Part shown: one piece after another, positions 32,186 to 43,296 of the stretch
Numbering within the stretch: the stretch's first letter is position 1
Layout of the letters: each line of letters begins with the position of its first letter
Assembly (NCBI GenBank): GCA_963730185.1
Contig: CAVSQW010000006.1
Coordinates: 384,001 to 448,000 of the forward strand
Source: an uncultured Gemmatimonadales bacterium
Lineage (GTDB): Bacteria > Gemmatimonadota > Gemmatimonadetes > Gemmatimonadales > GWC2-71-9
Length of the DNA stretch: 64,000 nucleotides
Direction of reading: 5' to 3'
Position numbers and translations under genes: made by a program
The notes under the pieces: generated by a model
Told to the model about the DNA's origin: nothing
Seen by the model: only the letters and a program-made list of their open reading frames with translations
Database searches by the model: none

Positions 32186-33874
32186 GTGAACAAGACCAAC
32201 GAGGTGGCGGCGACCCCGGGATCGCCCGACGTGGAGACCTGGCAGCGCACCACCCTTGCTGCCAGCCTCGAGCGGCTCCGACCGCGACGCGAGGCGTTCA
32301 CGACGCTGTCGGGACTGCCGGTCAAGGAGCTCTACACGGCCGACGACCTGAAGGACGTCGATCCGGCCCGGGACATCGGGTTTCCGGGGGAGTATCCCTA
32401 TACCCGGGGCGTCCACGCGACCATGTACCGCGCCCGGCCCTGGACGATTCGCCAGGTCGCCGGTTTCGGCACGGCCGAGGATACCAACGGACGCTACCGG
32501 TACCTGCTGGCGCACGGGGAGACCGGGTTGTCGACGGACTTCGACCTTCCCACCCTCCTCGGCTACGACTCGGATCACCCGATGGCGGTGCCCGAGATCG
32601 GCAAAATCGGCGTCGCGGTGGATACCATCGACGACGTCCATCTCCTGATGAAGGACATTCCGCTCGATCAGGTCTCGACCTCCTACACCGTCAACGCGTC
32701 GGCCTTCGTACTGATGGGGATGTACGAGGTGGTGGCGAAATCCCAGGGGGTGCGCGCCGACCAGATCACCGGAACCATCCAGAACGACATTCTGAAGGAA
32801 TACACCGCGCAGAACGAGTACATCTATCCGCCGGCCGATGCCGTCCGGCTGGTCGTCGACACGATGGAGTACGCGGCCACGACGATGCCGCGGTACAACC
32901 CCGTCAGCGTCTCCGGCTATCACATTCGGGATGCCGGGTCGACCGCGGTGCAGGAGCTGGCGTTTACCCTGGCGGCGGGTCACTGCTACGTGACCGAGGC
33001 CGTCGAGCGCGGCTTGTCGGCCGATTTCGTGGCCCCGCGAGTGTCCTTCTTCTGGAACATCCAGAACGACTTCTTCGAGGAGATCTGCAAGCTGCGGGCG
33101 GCGCGGCGGCTCTGGGGACGGATGATGCGCGACTGGGTCGGCGCCAAGGATCCCCGTTCCTGGACGATGCGGGCCCATTCGCAGACCTCGGGCGTGAGCC
33201 TGACCGCGCAGCAGCCCGACAACAACATTGCCCGAACGGCGATTCAGGCCCTGGCCGCGGTGCTGGGTGGCACCCAGTCGCTCCATACGAACTCGAAGGA
33301 CGAGGCATATCAGATTCCCTCGGAAGGCGCGATCAAGATCGCGGTCCGGACCCAACAGATCCTGGCCTTGGAGAACCGGGTCGCGGATGTGGTCGACCCG
33401 TTGGGCGGCTCCTACTACGTCGAGTCGCTCACGACCCGGCTCGAGGAGGAGGCCGAGGCGCTGATCCGCCAGGTGCTGGATCGGGGCGGCATGGTCCAGT
33501 GCATCCAGGACGGGTTCATTCAGCGCCAGATCGCCGATGCGTCGGCCGCCTACCAGCAGGCCGTGGAGGCGAAATCCGAATTCATCGTCGGTGTCAACGT
33601 GCATGCCGAGCCGGAGGGCGAGCTGCCATTCGAGCCGTTCGTGCTCGATCCGGGTCTGGCCGAGCGACAGATCAAGCGAACCCAGGGGATTCGGCGGGCT
33701 CGGGCCCAGGCGGAGGTGGCCAGCGCCCTCAGGGCCATCGAGCAGGCGGCTCGAGGTGGCGAGAACACGATGCCCAGTACGGTTCGCGCGATCAAGGCGC
33801 AGGCAACCGTGGGCGAGATCTGCGATGTGCTCCGGGAAGTCTTCGGCGGGTACCGGGCGCCGATCGTCTACTAG
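32186..33874 (+). CDS. B12-dependent acyl-CoA mutase large (substrate-binding) subunit, HcmA-like; predicted 2-aminoisobutyryl-CoA mutase
   Basis: GTG start with GGAGG RBS, 562 aa; PGEYPYTRG, RPWTIRQVAGFG, GLSTDFDLPT, GTIQNDILKEYTAQ, SGYHIRDAG, GGTQSLHTN. Confidence 0.93.
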   Translation: MNKTNEVAATPGSPDVETWQRTTLAASLERLRPRREAFTTLSGLPVKELYTADDLKDVDPARDIGFPGEYPYTRGVHATMYRARPWTIRQVAGFGTAEDTNGRYRYLLAHGETGLSTDFDLPTLLGYDSDHPMAVPEIGKIGVAVDTIDDVHLLMKDIPLDQVSTSYTVNASAFVLMGMYEVVAKSQGVRADQITGTIQNDILKEYTAQNEYIYPPADAVRLVVDTMEYAATTMPRYNPVSVSGYHIRDAGSTAVQELAFTLAAGHCYVTEAVERGLSADFVAPRVSFFWNIQNDFFEEICKLRAARRLWGRMMRDWVGAKDPRSWTMRAHSQTSGVSLTAQQPDNNIARTAIQALAAVLGGTQSLHTNSKDEAYQIPSEGAIKIAVRTQQILALENRVADVVDPLGGSYYVESLTTRLEEEAEALIRQVLDRGGMVQCIQDGFIQRQIADASAAYQQAVEAKSEFIVGVNVHAEPEGELPFEPFVLDPGLAERQIKRTQGIRRARAQAEVASALRAIEQAARGGENTMPSTVRAIKAQATVGEICDVLREVFGGYRAPIVY

Positions 33875-33896
33875 TCCGTCACGGGAACCGAGAACC

Positions 33897-34295
33897 ATGA
33901 GTCGACCGTTGCGTGTGGTCGTGGCAAAGCCGGGGCTGGATGGTCACGATCGTGGAGCGAAAATCATCGCGCGAGCCTTCCGCGACGCGGGGATGGAGGT
34001 CATCTACACCGGGATCTTTCAGACGACGGAGATGATCGTCCGCACGGTCCTCGAGGAGGATGCCGACGTGCTGGGACTGAGCATCCTCTCGGGAACGCAC
34101 CTGCATTTCGCCGAGGAGATCTGCCGAGCGCTGACCGAGCAGGCCGTGAAGGAGGTGCTGGTGGTGATGGGCGGCACGATCCCGCCGACCGACATCGGCG
34201 CCGTCAAGGGCTTCGGGGTGGCCGAGGTGTTCGGGCCGGGGACGGCCACGGGCACGATCGTGGACTTCGTCCGGCAGTGGCACGATGCCCAATGA
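33897..34295 (+). CDS. Acyl-CoA mutase small cobalamin-binding subunit
   Basis: AKPGLDGHDRGAK (DxHxxG), GLSILSG, GGTIP, VFGPGT. Confidence 0.95.
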   Translation: MSRPLRVVVAKPGLDGHDRGAKIIARAFRDAGMEVIYTGIFQTTEMIVRTVLEEDADVLGLSILSGTHLHFAEEICRALTEQAVKEVLVVMGGTIPPTDIGAVKGFGVAEVFGPGTATGTIVDFVRQWHDAQ

Positions 34296-35845
34296 CCCGG
34301 CTGGAGCACGGTAGTCCAGCGCGAGTGGACGCGCTCCTGGCCCGGGCGGCGATCAGCGTCCCCAACCGGGAGGCGGTCCGCTTCGAGGGACGGAGCTGGA
34401 CCTATCGGGAGGTCCACGACCGGGCCCGCCGCCTCGCGGGCGGCTTGGCCGCGATCGGCGTGGCCCCGGGCGACCGAGTCGCGCTCTGGACACCCAACCG
34501 ACCGGAGTTCGTCGAGGTGTTCTTCGGCGTGCCCCAATTGGGCGCGATCCTCGCTCCGCTGGACTGCTGGTGGCACTGGCGCGAAGCCGCCGAGGCGCTC
34601 GGCCAGCTGCGGCCGAAGGTGCTCATCGTGGGGTCGCCACAGGTGGCGATGGTGGCGCAGGAGCTCGAGGCGATTCGCGAGCTCGGGGTCGAACGGGTGC
34701 TGTGTCTCGACCAGCCGCCGGGCGGCGTGATCCTGGGCTCCTATCAGCGGACTCTCGCCGACGCGCGGCCGCTCGAGGCGCCGTTGCCGGTCGACCCCAG
34801 TGCGCCGGCCGCGATCCTCTTCACCTCCGGCTCGACCGGCCGATCGAAGGGTGCCGTCCATACCCACGCCGGTCTCCTGGCGGCGGCGACCACGATGACG
34901 GCCGAGCTGCCCTTCGTCGACGGCGAACGGACGCTCCATTTCCTCCCCCTGTTCTCCTCCTGTCTCGAGCACCTGCTCCCCCTCACGCTGGCGCGGGCGA
35001 CCCACCTCATCCTGCCGGCCTTCGACGCGCAGTTGGTGTGGGACAGCGTCCGCGAAGCCCGTGTCACCCATTTCGACGCCGTGCCCACGACCCTCCGCCG
35101 GCTCCTGGAGGTGGCGCCGAGCGAGATCCCGTCGTCGCTGCGGCTGATTTCGTACGCCTCGGAGCCAATGCCCGAGCCGCTGATCACGGCGCTGCTCGAG
35201 CGACTGCCGAGCGTCACGTTCGTCCAGTTCTACGGCATGATCGAGCAGCTCTGTCTCACCGTGCTGGAGGCGCCCGACCAGCTCCGGAAGATCGGAACGG
35301 TGGGCCGCCCGATGCTGGGCGCCGAGCTCGCGGTCCGGAGCCTTCCCGGCATCGACGGTCCCGGAGAGATCGTCGCGCGGGGTCCGACGATGTTCGCCGG
35401 GTACTGGCAGGACCCGGCCACGACGGCGCAGGTGATGCTCGACGGATGGATGCGGACCGGCGACCTGGGCCGCTTCGACGAGGACGGATTCCTCGTGCTC
35501 GAGGGCCGTCTCAAGGAGATGATCAAGACGGGCGGGCTCACGGTGGTCCCGGCCGAGGTCGAGGCCACGCTGGCAGGACACCCCGCCGTTCGGGACGTCG
35601 CGGTGATTGGCGTCCCCGACCCGGAGTGGGGCGAGGCCGTGCATGCGATGGTGGTGCTGGTGCCTGGAGCCACGGTCGGGGAAACGGAGCTCAAGGGGTA
35701 TTGCCGCGACCGGCTGGCAGGCTACAAACGACCGAAGGTCATTCACGTGGTGCCGGAGCTACCGAGAACCGGGATCGGCAAGATCGCTCGTCGGACCGTG
35801 CGCGACCACGTGTTGGCCGTCGAGACCCCCGAAAGGCGACGGTGA
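34292..35845 (+). CDS. Acyl-CoA synthetase / AMP-binding ligase
   Basis: ATGA overlap; LFTSGSTGRSKG, FYGMIE, GWMRTGDLG, GRLKEMIKTGG, LPRTGIGKI. Confidence 0.92.
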   Translation: MTRLEHGSPARVDALLARAAISVPNREAVRFEGRSWTYREVHDRARRLAGGLAAIGVAPGDRVALWTPNRPEFVEVFFGVPQLGAILAPLDCWWHWREAAEALGQLRPKVLIVGSPQVAMVAQELEAIRELGVERVLCLDQPPGGVILGSYQRTLADARPLEAPLPVDPSAPAAILFTSGSTGRSKGAVHTHAGLLAAATTMTAELPFVDGERTLHFLPLFSSCLEHLLPLTLARATHLILPAFDAQLVWDSVREARVTHFDAVPTTLRRLLEVAPSEIPSSLRLISYASEPMPEPLITALLERLPSVTFVQFYGMIEQLCLTVLEAPDQLRKIGTVGRPMLGAELAVRSLPGIDGPGEIVARGPTMFAGYWQDPATTAQVMLDGWMRTGDLGRFDEDGFLVLEGRLKEMIKTGGLTVVPAEVEATLAGHPAVRDVAVIGVPDPEWGEAVHAMVVLVPGATVGETELKGYCRDRLAGYKRPKVIHVVPELPRTGIGKIARRTVRDHVLAVETPERRR

Positions 35846-35849
35846 GCCC

Positions 35850-36233
35850 ATGGAAGGCGTCATTCGAGTGCGGATGTCCGCCGCGGACGGTCATTACGGC
35901 GGTGGCCTGGTCGCCGGTGCGACGGTGTTGAAGCTGGTCGGTGATGCGCTCACGGAAGCGCTGATCCGCCGCGACGGCGACGAGGGGCTGGAGCGGACCA
36001 TGACGGTCGAGCTGCTCGCGCCGGTGTACAGCGGGGACTACCTCGAGGCGAGGGCGAAGCTGCTGTCGATCGGGAACTCCTCGCGGCGATTCGAGTGCAC
36101 GGTGCACAAGCTCATTCGACTGGTGAGTCCGGACGACTCGGCGGCCGACGTGTTGAACGAGCCGTTGCTCGTTCTGAAGGCCACCGGAGTGGCCGTGGTC
36201 CCCTTGCCGAAGCAACGAGCGCGGGGATCATGA
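35850..36233 (+). CDS. kal: 3-aminobutyryl-CoA ammonia-lyase-like hotdog-fold protein
   Basis: 127 aa; IRVRMSAADGHYGGGLVAG, GDALTEALIRRDGDEGL, LAPVYSGDYLEA, GNSSR match the Kal pattern (RMS..DAHYGG.LVDG, GD.ATE..I..DGDEGL, APV.AGDYIEA). Confidence 0.85.
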   Translation: MEGVIRVRMSAADGHYGGGLVAGATVLKLVGDALTEALIRRDGDEGLERTMTVELLAPVYSGDYLEARAKLLSIGNSSRRFECTVHKLIRLVSPDDSAADVLNEPLLVLKATGVAVVPLPKQRARGS

Positions 36234-37198
36234 CCGCCCCGGAGGCGCTCCTGGCGCGGGCCCGGGCCGGGCAGATTGCCCCGACGGCGCGCCTGCTCTC
36301 GATCGTCGAGAACGACGAGCCAGGAGCGGAGCAGGTGATTCGCGGCACCTTCGCCGACGTCGGGCGGGCGATCCGGATCGGAATTACGGGGTCGCCGGGA
36401 ACCGGCAAGAGCACATTGGTGGCCTCGCTCCTCGCGGCCTATCGGCGAGTCGCGTCTCGGGTGGCGGTCATCGCCGTCGACCCCTCCAGTCCGTACACCG
36501 GAGGGGCGATCCTCGGGGACCGAATCCGGATGCGGGACACCTCCCTCGACCCGGGTGTCTTCATCCGGAGCATGTCGAATCGAGGCGCCTCCGGAGGGCT
36601 GGCCCGGGCGACGGGACGCGTCGCGGACCTCCTCGATGCGCTGGGGTTCGAGGTGATCCTGGTGGAGACGGTCGGCGCGGGGCAGCAGGAGATCGACGTG
36701 GTCCGGCTGGTCGACACGGTCTCGGTCCTCACGATTCCCGGCGCCGGTGACGACATTCAGGCGATCAAGGCCGGCATCCTCGAGATCGCGGACGTCCTGG
36801 TGGTCAACAAGGCCGACCAGCCGGGCGCGGACCAGGCCGTCAGGGACCTGACCCAGATGCTGAGCCTCGGCGCCCCCCGCAACGACTGGAAACCGCCGGT
36901 CGTCCGCACCTCGGCGGCGACCGGCGCCGGGATTGATGACCTCGTCGCCGCCTTGGCGCGGCACCGGGCCTGGGCCGCGGCGTCCGGAGAGACCGAGCGC
37001 CGCCGCCAGGCGGCGATGCGCAGCGAGCTCGAAGCGCTGATGCGCGAGCGGGTGCTTCGAGAGCTGGCCCGCCGGATCGATGCCACGGCGGTTACCGACG
37101 CCGCGTCGCGGGTGATGCGGAAGCAGCTCGATCCCTATGACGCGGTCGAGCTGCTCTTGGCCGGCACCGAGAGAACCTCCGCCACCCGAACCGAGTGA
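36230..37198 (+). CDS. meaB: MeaB/ArgK G-protein chaperone for B12 mutases
   Basis: ATGA overlap; GITGSPGTGKST, AVDPSSPYTGGAILGDRIRM, ETVGAGQ, IQAIKAGILEIAD, VNKAD. Confidence 0.95.
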   Translation: MTAPEALLARARAGQIAPTARLLSIVENDEPGAEQVIRGTFADVGRAIRIGITGSPGTGKSTLVASLLAAYRRVASRVAVIAVDPSSPYTGGAILGDRIRMRDTSLDPGVFIRSMSNRGASGGLARATGRVADLLDALGFEVILVETVGAGQQEIDVVRLVDTVSVLTIPGAGDDIQAIKAGILEIADVLVVNKADQPGADQAVRDLTQMLSLGAPRNDWKPPVVRTSAATGAGIDDLVAALARHRAWAAASGETERRRQAAMRSELEALMRERVLRELARRIDATAVTDAASRVMRKQLDPYDAVELLLAGTERTSATRTE

Positions 37199-37206
37199 CC
37201 GTAACG

Positions 37207-39108
37207 ATGCGACCGTTCTTCGCAAGCCTGTTCCTGCTGGTCGGTGCGACCGGCCTGGGCTCCGCCCAGACCCCGAAGCCGGCGCCCTTCAACGACGTTC
37301 CGAAGGACTTCGAGGTTCGGACTCTCCCGAAGGACTTCGTCACCCGGGTCGAAATGATTCCGATGCGCGACGGGGTCAAGCTCAAGACCTACATCGTGCT
37401 GCCGAAGGGCGCGAAGGACGCGGCCATCATTCTGGAGCGGACACCCTACGATGCCGGGAGGTTCTTCCCGAACCCCGACGCCGATCCGCTGTTCCAGGCC
37501 GGCTACATCCGCGTCTTCCAGGACGTGCGCGGGAAGTACGGCTCGGAAGGCGACTACGTGATGAGCCGACCGGCTCGCGGACCGCTCAATCCGACCGAGG
37601 TGGATCACTCGACCGACGCTTGGGATACCATCGACTGGCTGGTGAAGCACCTGCCCGAGTCCAACCGGAAGGTGGGGATGATCGGTGCGTCGTACGACGG
37701 CTTCACGGTCGCCATGGGGCTGCTCGACCCGCACCCGGCCCTCAAGGCCGCCGTGGCGCAAGGCCCCCTGCTCGATGGATGGATGGGCGACGACTGGTTC
37801 CACTACGGGGCCTTCCGCAACATGATGTTGGGCTACGTCCACTCGCAGACCGCGCAGCGGGGGGCGGGAGTGATCCCACCCAGCGATACCTACGACAAGT
37901 ACGAGGAGTTCCTCCGAGCCGGCTCGACCGGAGACTACATCCGAGCGAATGGCCTCGACCGGTTGCCCTGGATTGCCCGGGCCATGGCGCATCCCGCGTA
38001 CGACGGCTATTGGCAGGGGCAGGCGGTCGACCGGTTGCTGGTGGCCCGGCCGTCGACCGTGCCGACGCTCTGGACGCAGGGGCTCTGGGATCAGGAGGAC
38101 ATGTACGGCGCCAACCACGTGTGGCGCGGCTTGAAGGCCGCCGGTCACGAGGCCACCAACTGGCTGGTGCTGGGACCGTGGAATCACATCCAAGTGCACG
38201 GCCTCGGCACCTCGTTGGGTCCCCTGGCGTGGGGTGAGGAAACCGCCCGGATCTATCGCCGCGACATGCTGCTGCCGTTCTTCGACGAGCACCTCCGAGG
38301 CGGCCCGCCCGCCAATCTGGCGCGGGTAGCCGTGTACAATACCGGTGAGAAGCGCTGGGAACGGTTCTCCACCTGGCCCACGGCGTGCGACCGGGGCTGC
38401 GCCACCGGGCTCACGCCGCTCTATCTCACCGCCGGGTTCGGCTTGGCGTTCGACCAGCCGGCGACCGACGGCGGTGATACCTACCTCAGCGATCCCGCCA
38501 AGCCGGTACCGTTCCTGCCCCGCCCCGTGGTCGATCCGTTCGCGGAGCTCGGGATGGGATCGCTGGGGAATCCGTACGAGCCCTGGAGCAAATGGCTGGT
38601 GTGGGATCAGCGCTTCGTGGACGGTCGACCCGATGTCCTCTCCTACGTGACACCGGTCCTCACCTCACCAGTTGAAGTCCAGGGCGTCCCGATCGCGGAC
38701 ATCCGGGCTGAGACCACCGGCACCGACCTGGACGTCGTCGTGAAGCTGATCGACGTCTTCCCCAGCACCGATCCGATCAATCCCCAGGTGAGCGGCTATC
38801 AACTGCCCATCGCGCTGGACATCTTCCGAGGCCGCTACCGGGAGAGCTTCGCGCACCCGATCGCCACGCCGGCCAACACGCCGGAGCAATACCGCTTCGA
38901 GCTGCCTAACGTCAATCACGTGTTCCAGCCCGGACATCGGATCATGGTTCAGATCCAGTCGACCCTCTTCCCGCTGTACGACCGGAACCCGCAGCGCTTC
39001 GTCCCGAACATCTTCGACGCGAAGCCGGACGACTATCGCAAGGCCGAGATCACGATCCTCCGCTCCAAGGCGCAGCCCTCGGCGATCCTCCTGCCCACGG
39101 TCAACTGA
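37207..39108 (+). CDS. CocE/NonD family hydrolase, alpha-amino acid ester hydrolase-like, secreted
   Basis: Signal peptide; MIPMRDGVKL, RTPY, QDVRG, GASYDG, DGWMGDDWFHYGAFR, WDQEDMYGA, GPWNH; an alternative GTG at 37195 overlaps the meaB stop. Confidence 0.9.
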   Translation: MRPFFASLFLLVGATGLGSAQTPKPAPFNDVPKDFEVRTLPKDFVTRVEMIPMRDGVKLKTYIVLPKGAKDAAIILERTPYDAGRFFPNPDADPLFQAGYIRVFQDVRGKYGSEGDYVMSRPARGPLNPTEVDHSTDAWDTIDWLVKHLPESNRKVGMIGASYDGFTVAMGLLDPHPALKAAVAQGPLLDGWMGDDWFHYGAFRNMMLGYVHSQTAQRGAGVIPPSDTYDKYEEFLRAGSTGDYIRANGLDRLPWIARAMAHPAYDGYWQGQAVDRLLVARPSTVPTLWTQGLWDQEDMYGANHVWRGLKAAGHEATNWLVLGPWNHIQVHGLGTSLGPLAWGEETARIYRRDMLLPFFDEHLRGGPPANLARVAVYNTGEKRWERFSTWPTACDRGCATGLTPLYLTAGFGLAFDQPATDGGDTYLSDPAKPVPFLPRPVVDPFAELGMGSLGNPYEPWSKWLVWDQRFVDGRPDVLSYVTPVLTSPVEVQGVPIADIRAETTGTDLDVVVKLIDVFPSTDPINPQVSGYQLPIALDIFRGRYRESFAHPIATPANTPEQYRFELPNVNHVFQPGHRIMVQIQSTLFPLYDRNPQRFVPNIFDAKPDDYRKAEITILRSKAQPSAILLPTVN

Positions 39109-39138
39109 GGCTTGCCCCGGGCCACGTCCTGAGCGCGG

Positions 39139-40038
39139 TTATCCGGCCTTCTTGCGATGGTACCGGGCAATGCCGTACCAGCTGGCCCGGTAATCCGAGA
39201 ACCGGGCAGCGGTGGCGATCGCCTCGGCGCCAGCCTTGTCGGCGAGCGACGCGATGACGTGCTGCTCGAAGCTCGCGGCCCGTTCCAGGTCGGTGCCCGG
39301 GCTCTCGAGCAGTCGCCCCGCCGCCTCCGTCCAGTCGTGTAGGCCACGGCGCAGCTGCGCCAGGTGAGTGGCCACGTCGTCCCAGAACCCGAAGTGGGTG
39401 GAGAAGAGGCGGCGAGGCTTCCAGGCCTCGATCGCGTCGAGGCTCGCAAGCCAGCGCTCCAGGTCGAAGTCGGGGGCAGGCGTCACGGGCAGGGGATAGG
39501 GGAGAGACGGAAGCCGGATGCCGCCCACGTCCCCGACGTAGGCCGTGTCGGTGGCCCGTTCGAGGTAGGCAACGTGGTGGGAGGCGTGGCCGGGCGTATA
39601 GAGCAGGTCGAATGACCGGCGGCCAAAGGACACCCGCTCGCCGCCCTTAACGACCCTGATCCGCTCGGCGGGAACGGGGACGAACGGACCCCACAGCTTG
39701 TCCATCCGGTCGCCGAAGACCTGGGTCGCACTCGCGAGAAGTCGGGTCGGATCGATGAGATGGGGAGCGCCCCGCTCGTGGACGTAGACCAGCAGCCCCG
39801 GATGCTCGGCAACCAGCAGCCCGATTGCGCCGGCGTGATCGAAGTGAATGTGGGAGAGAAGGATGGCGTGGAGGTCGGTGACCCGGAGCCCATGAGACTC
39901 GAGTCCCGCCCGGAGCTGGTTCAGCGTCGAGCCCGGTCCGGTGTCGAGCAGCACGGGGCCGGCAGGCGTGTCGAGCAGGTGCGAGGCCACGTAGGCTTCG
40001 CGGCCCAGGTGCCTGACGTCGATGGTCACGTCGGTCAT
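39139..40038 (-). CDS. MBL-fold metallo-hydrolase
   Basis: SHIHFDHAG, TPGHASHH, YVGD, THFG. Confidence 0.9.
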   Translation of the reverse strand: MTDVTIDVRHLGREAYVASHLLDTPAGPVLLDTGPGSTLNQLRAGLESHGLRVTDLHAILLSHIHFDHAGAIGLLVAEHPGLLVYVHERGAPHLIDPTRLLASATQVFGDRMDKLWGPFVPVPAERIRVVKGGERVSFGRRSFDLLYTPGHASHHVAYLERATDTAYVGDVGGIRLPSLPYPLPVTPAPDFDLERWLASLDAIEAWKPRRLFSTHFGFWDDVATHLAQLRRGLHDWTEAAGRLLESPGTDLERAASFEQHVIASLADKAGAEAIATAARFSDYRASWYGIARYHRKKAG

Positions 40039-40103
40039 GTCGTAGAATACCCGCCCCGAGGGCGAACGTGATAGGGCCGGTCGCTGCCCTCTGACCGCGT
40101 CGC

Positions 40104-40965
40104 CTAGATCGTCGGCAGGACGAGCCGCACGTGCTCCGCGAAGGCGCTCACCAACGCGCTCGGTTGATCGCTGTCCACCGTGAGCGCGATCCCCACGCTC
40201 GGTAACGGCGGCAAGCCATTCTCCGCGGGGAGCACCCGCAGGTCCTCGGGCACGGCGGTCCGGGTGAGCACCGCGATCGCCTGCCCGGATCGGACCACCG
40301 CCGTCAGGCCCGCCAGACTCGCGCTGGCGTAGGCGATCCGATAGGCCCGACCGATCGCCTCGAGACTGCGGCGCGCCGCCTGGTGATCGAGCGTGTCAGG
40401 GTCGGTCAGCGCGAGCTGAAGCGGATCGACGCGCGGCACGTTCGACCCGACCGAGCCCACCCACACGAGCGGCTCCCGCCGAATGACCGTCTTGCCCTTC
40501 TCGCGCTCGGCCAAGGAGACGAGGGCGAGGTCCAAGCCATGGCGCTCAAGCCGCTCGAGGAGCCGGGGCGTGTGAGCGCAATGCACCTCCACGAGCACCC
40601 CCGGATGCTCGCGGGCGAAGCCGCGGAGCAAGTAGGGCAGGAAGACCACCGCGTAGTCGTCCGGACAGCCGAAGCGGATCGTCCCGACGAGTCCCTTTCC
40701 CGAGAGCTCGGCGAGCGCCTCGTCGTGGTACCGGAGGATCCGGTGGGCGTGGGCGAGCAGCCGCGTCCCGTGCGCGGTGAGGCTCACGCCTCGCCCGCTT
40801 CGATCCAGCAGGCTGTGACCGACGATCTCCTCGAGCCGCTTCACCTGGAGGCTGATGGCGGCCTGGGTCTTCCCGACCCGAGCGCCCGCCCGGCTGAGCG
40901 TTCCGGTCTCGGCGATGACGGCGAACGTCCGGAGCAACCGGAGGTCCAGCTCTTCGATCATGGCC

Positions 40966-40967
<2 letters not shown>
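40104..40967 (-). CDS. dgdR: LysR family regulator divergent from dgdA (DgdR-like)
   Basis: LDLRLLRTFAVIAETGTLSRAG, TQAAISLQVKRLE; the divergent arrangement with dgdA matches Burkholderia cepacia dgdR/dgdA. Confidence 0.8.
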
Positions 40968-42382
<1,415 letters not shown>

Positions 42383-42411
42383 ACGCCTCCATTCGCGAAT
42401 CGAGAGAATCC

Positions 42412-43296
42412 ATGGATCTCGTCGTCCGAAACCTCAGCAAGACCTATCCGAACGGCGTCCGCGCCCTCGACGGGATCGACCTCACGGTCGGTCCCGGGAT
42501 GTTCGGCCTCCTCGGCCCCAATGGGGCGGGCAAGTCGAGCCTGATGCGCACGCTCGCAACGCTCCAGCTCCCGGACACCGGCTCGATCCGGTTCGGGGAC
42601 CTCGACGTCCTGGCCGAGCCGGACGGGCTCCGGCGAATGCTCGGGTACCTGCCCCAGGAATTCGGGTTCTATCCCAGCCTGTCGGCCGAGCACACCCTCG
42701 ATCACTTCGCGGTGATGAAGGGCGTGATCGACCGGGCCGAGCGCCGATCCCTGGTGGCCGGCCTGCTCCAGCAAACGAATCTCTACGACGTGCGGAAGAA
42801 AGCGGTCGGCTCCTTCTCCGGCGGGATGAAGCAGCGGCTGGGCATCGCGGTGGCGCTGGCCGGGTCGCCCAAGCTTCTCATCGTCGACGAGCCGACGGCG
42901 GGGCTCGACCCGACCGAGCGGCACCGGTTCCTCAACCTGCTGGCGGAGATCGGCGAAGAGATCGTGGTGCTGCTCTCGACCCACATCGTCGAGGACGTTC
43001 GCGAGCTCTGCCAGGCGGTCGCCATCGTCGATCGGGGTCGGGTCGTGCTGCAGGGAGATCCGCGTGAGATCGTGGGCACCATGCGCGGCAAGGTCTGGCG
43101 GCGGGCGGTGGAGAAGCGCGACCTGGCGGCCGTCCGGGCCGGGCACCGGGTCATCTCGGTCCAGCTCCTGGCCGGGGCACCCGTGGCGCGGGTCTACAGC
43201 GAGACCCCGCCGGCCGGCTTCGAGCCGGCGGAGCCGGACCTCGAGGACGTCTACTTCTTCCATCTCGCCCCGGCCGACCGGGAGCTGGCGGCGTGA
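42412..43296 (+). CDS. ABC transporter ATP-binding protein
   Basis: GPNGAGKS, FSGGMKQR, IVDEPT, LSTH. Confidence 0.95.
   Translation: MDLVVRNLSKTYPNGVRALDGIDLTVGPGMFGLLGPNGAGKSSLMRTLATLQLPDTGSIRFGDLDVLAEPDGLRRMLGYLPQEFGFYPSLSAEHTLDHFAVMKGVIDRAERRSLVAGLLQQTNLYDVRKKAVGSFSGGMKQRLGIAVALAGSPKLLIVDEPTAGLDPTERHRFLNLLAEIGEEIVVLLSTHIVEDVRELCQAVAIVDRGRVVLQGDPREIVGTMRGKVWRRAVEKRDLAAVRAGHRVISVQLLAGAPVARVYSETPPAGFEPAEPDLEDVYFFHLAPADRELAA

Noticed and set aside
32186..34295. Ordinary methylmalonyl-CoA or isobutyryl-CoA mutase
   Set aside because: It lacks the Tyr/Arg pair of MCM and the Phe of ICM, no epimerase gene is nearby, and its neighbours are kal and a CoA ligase.
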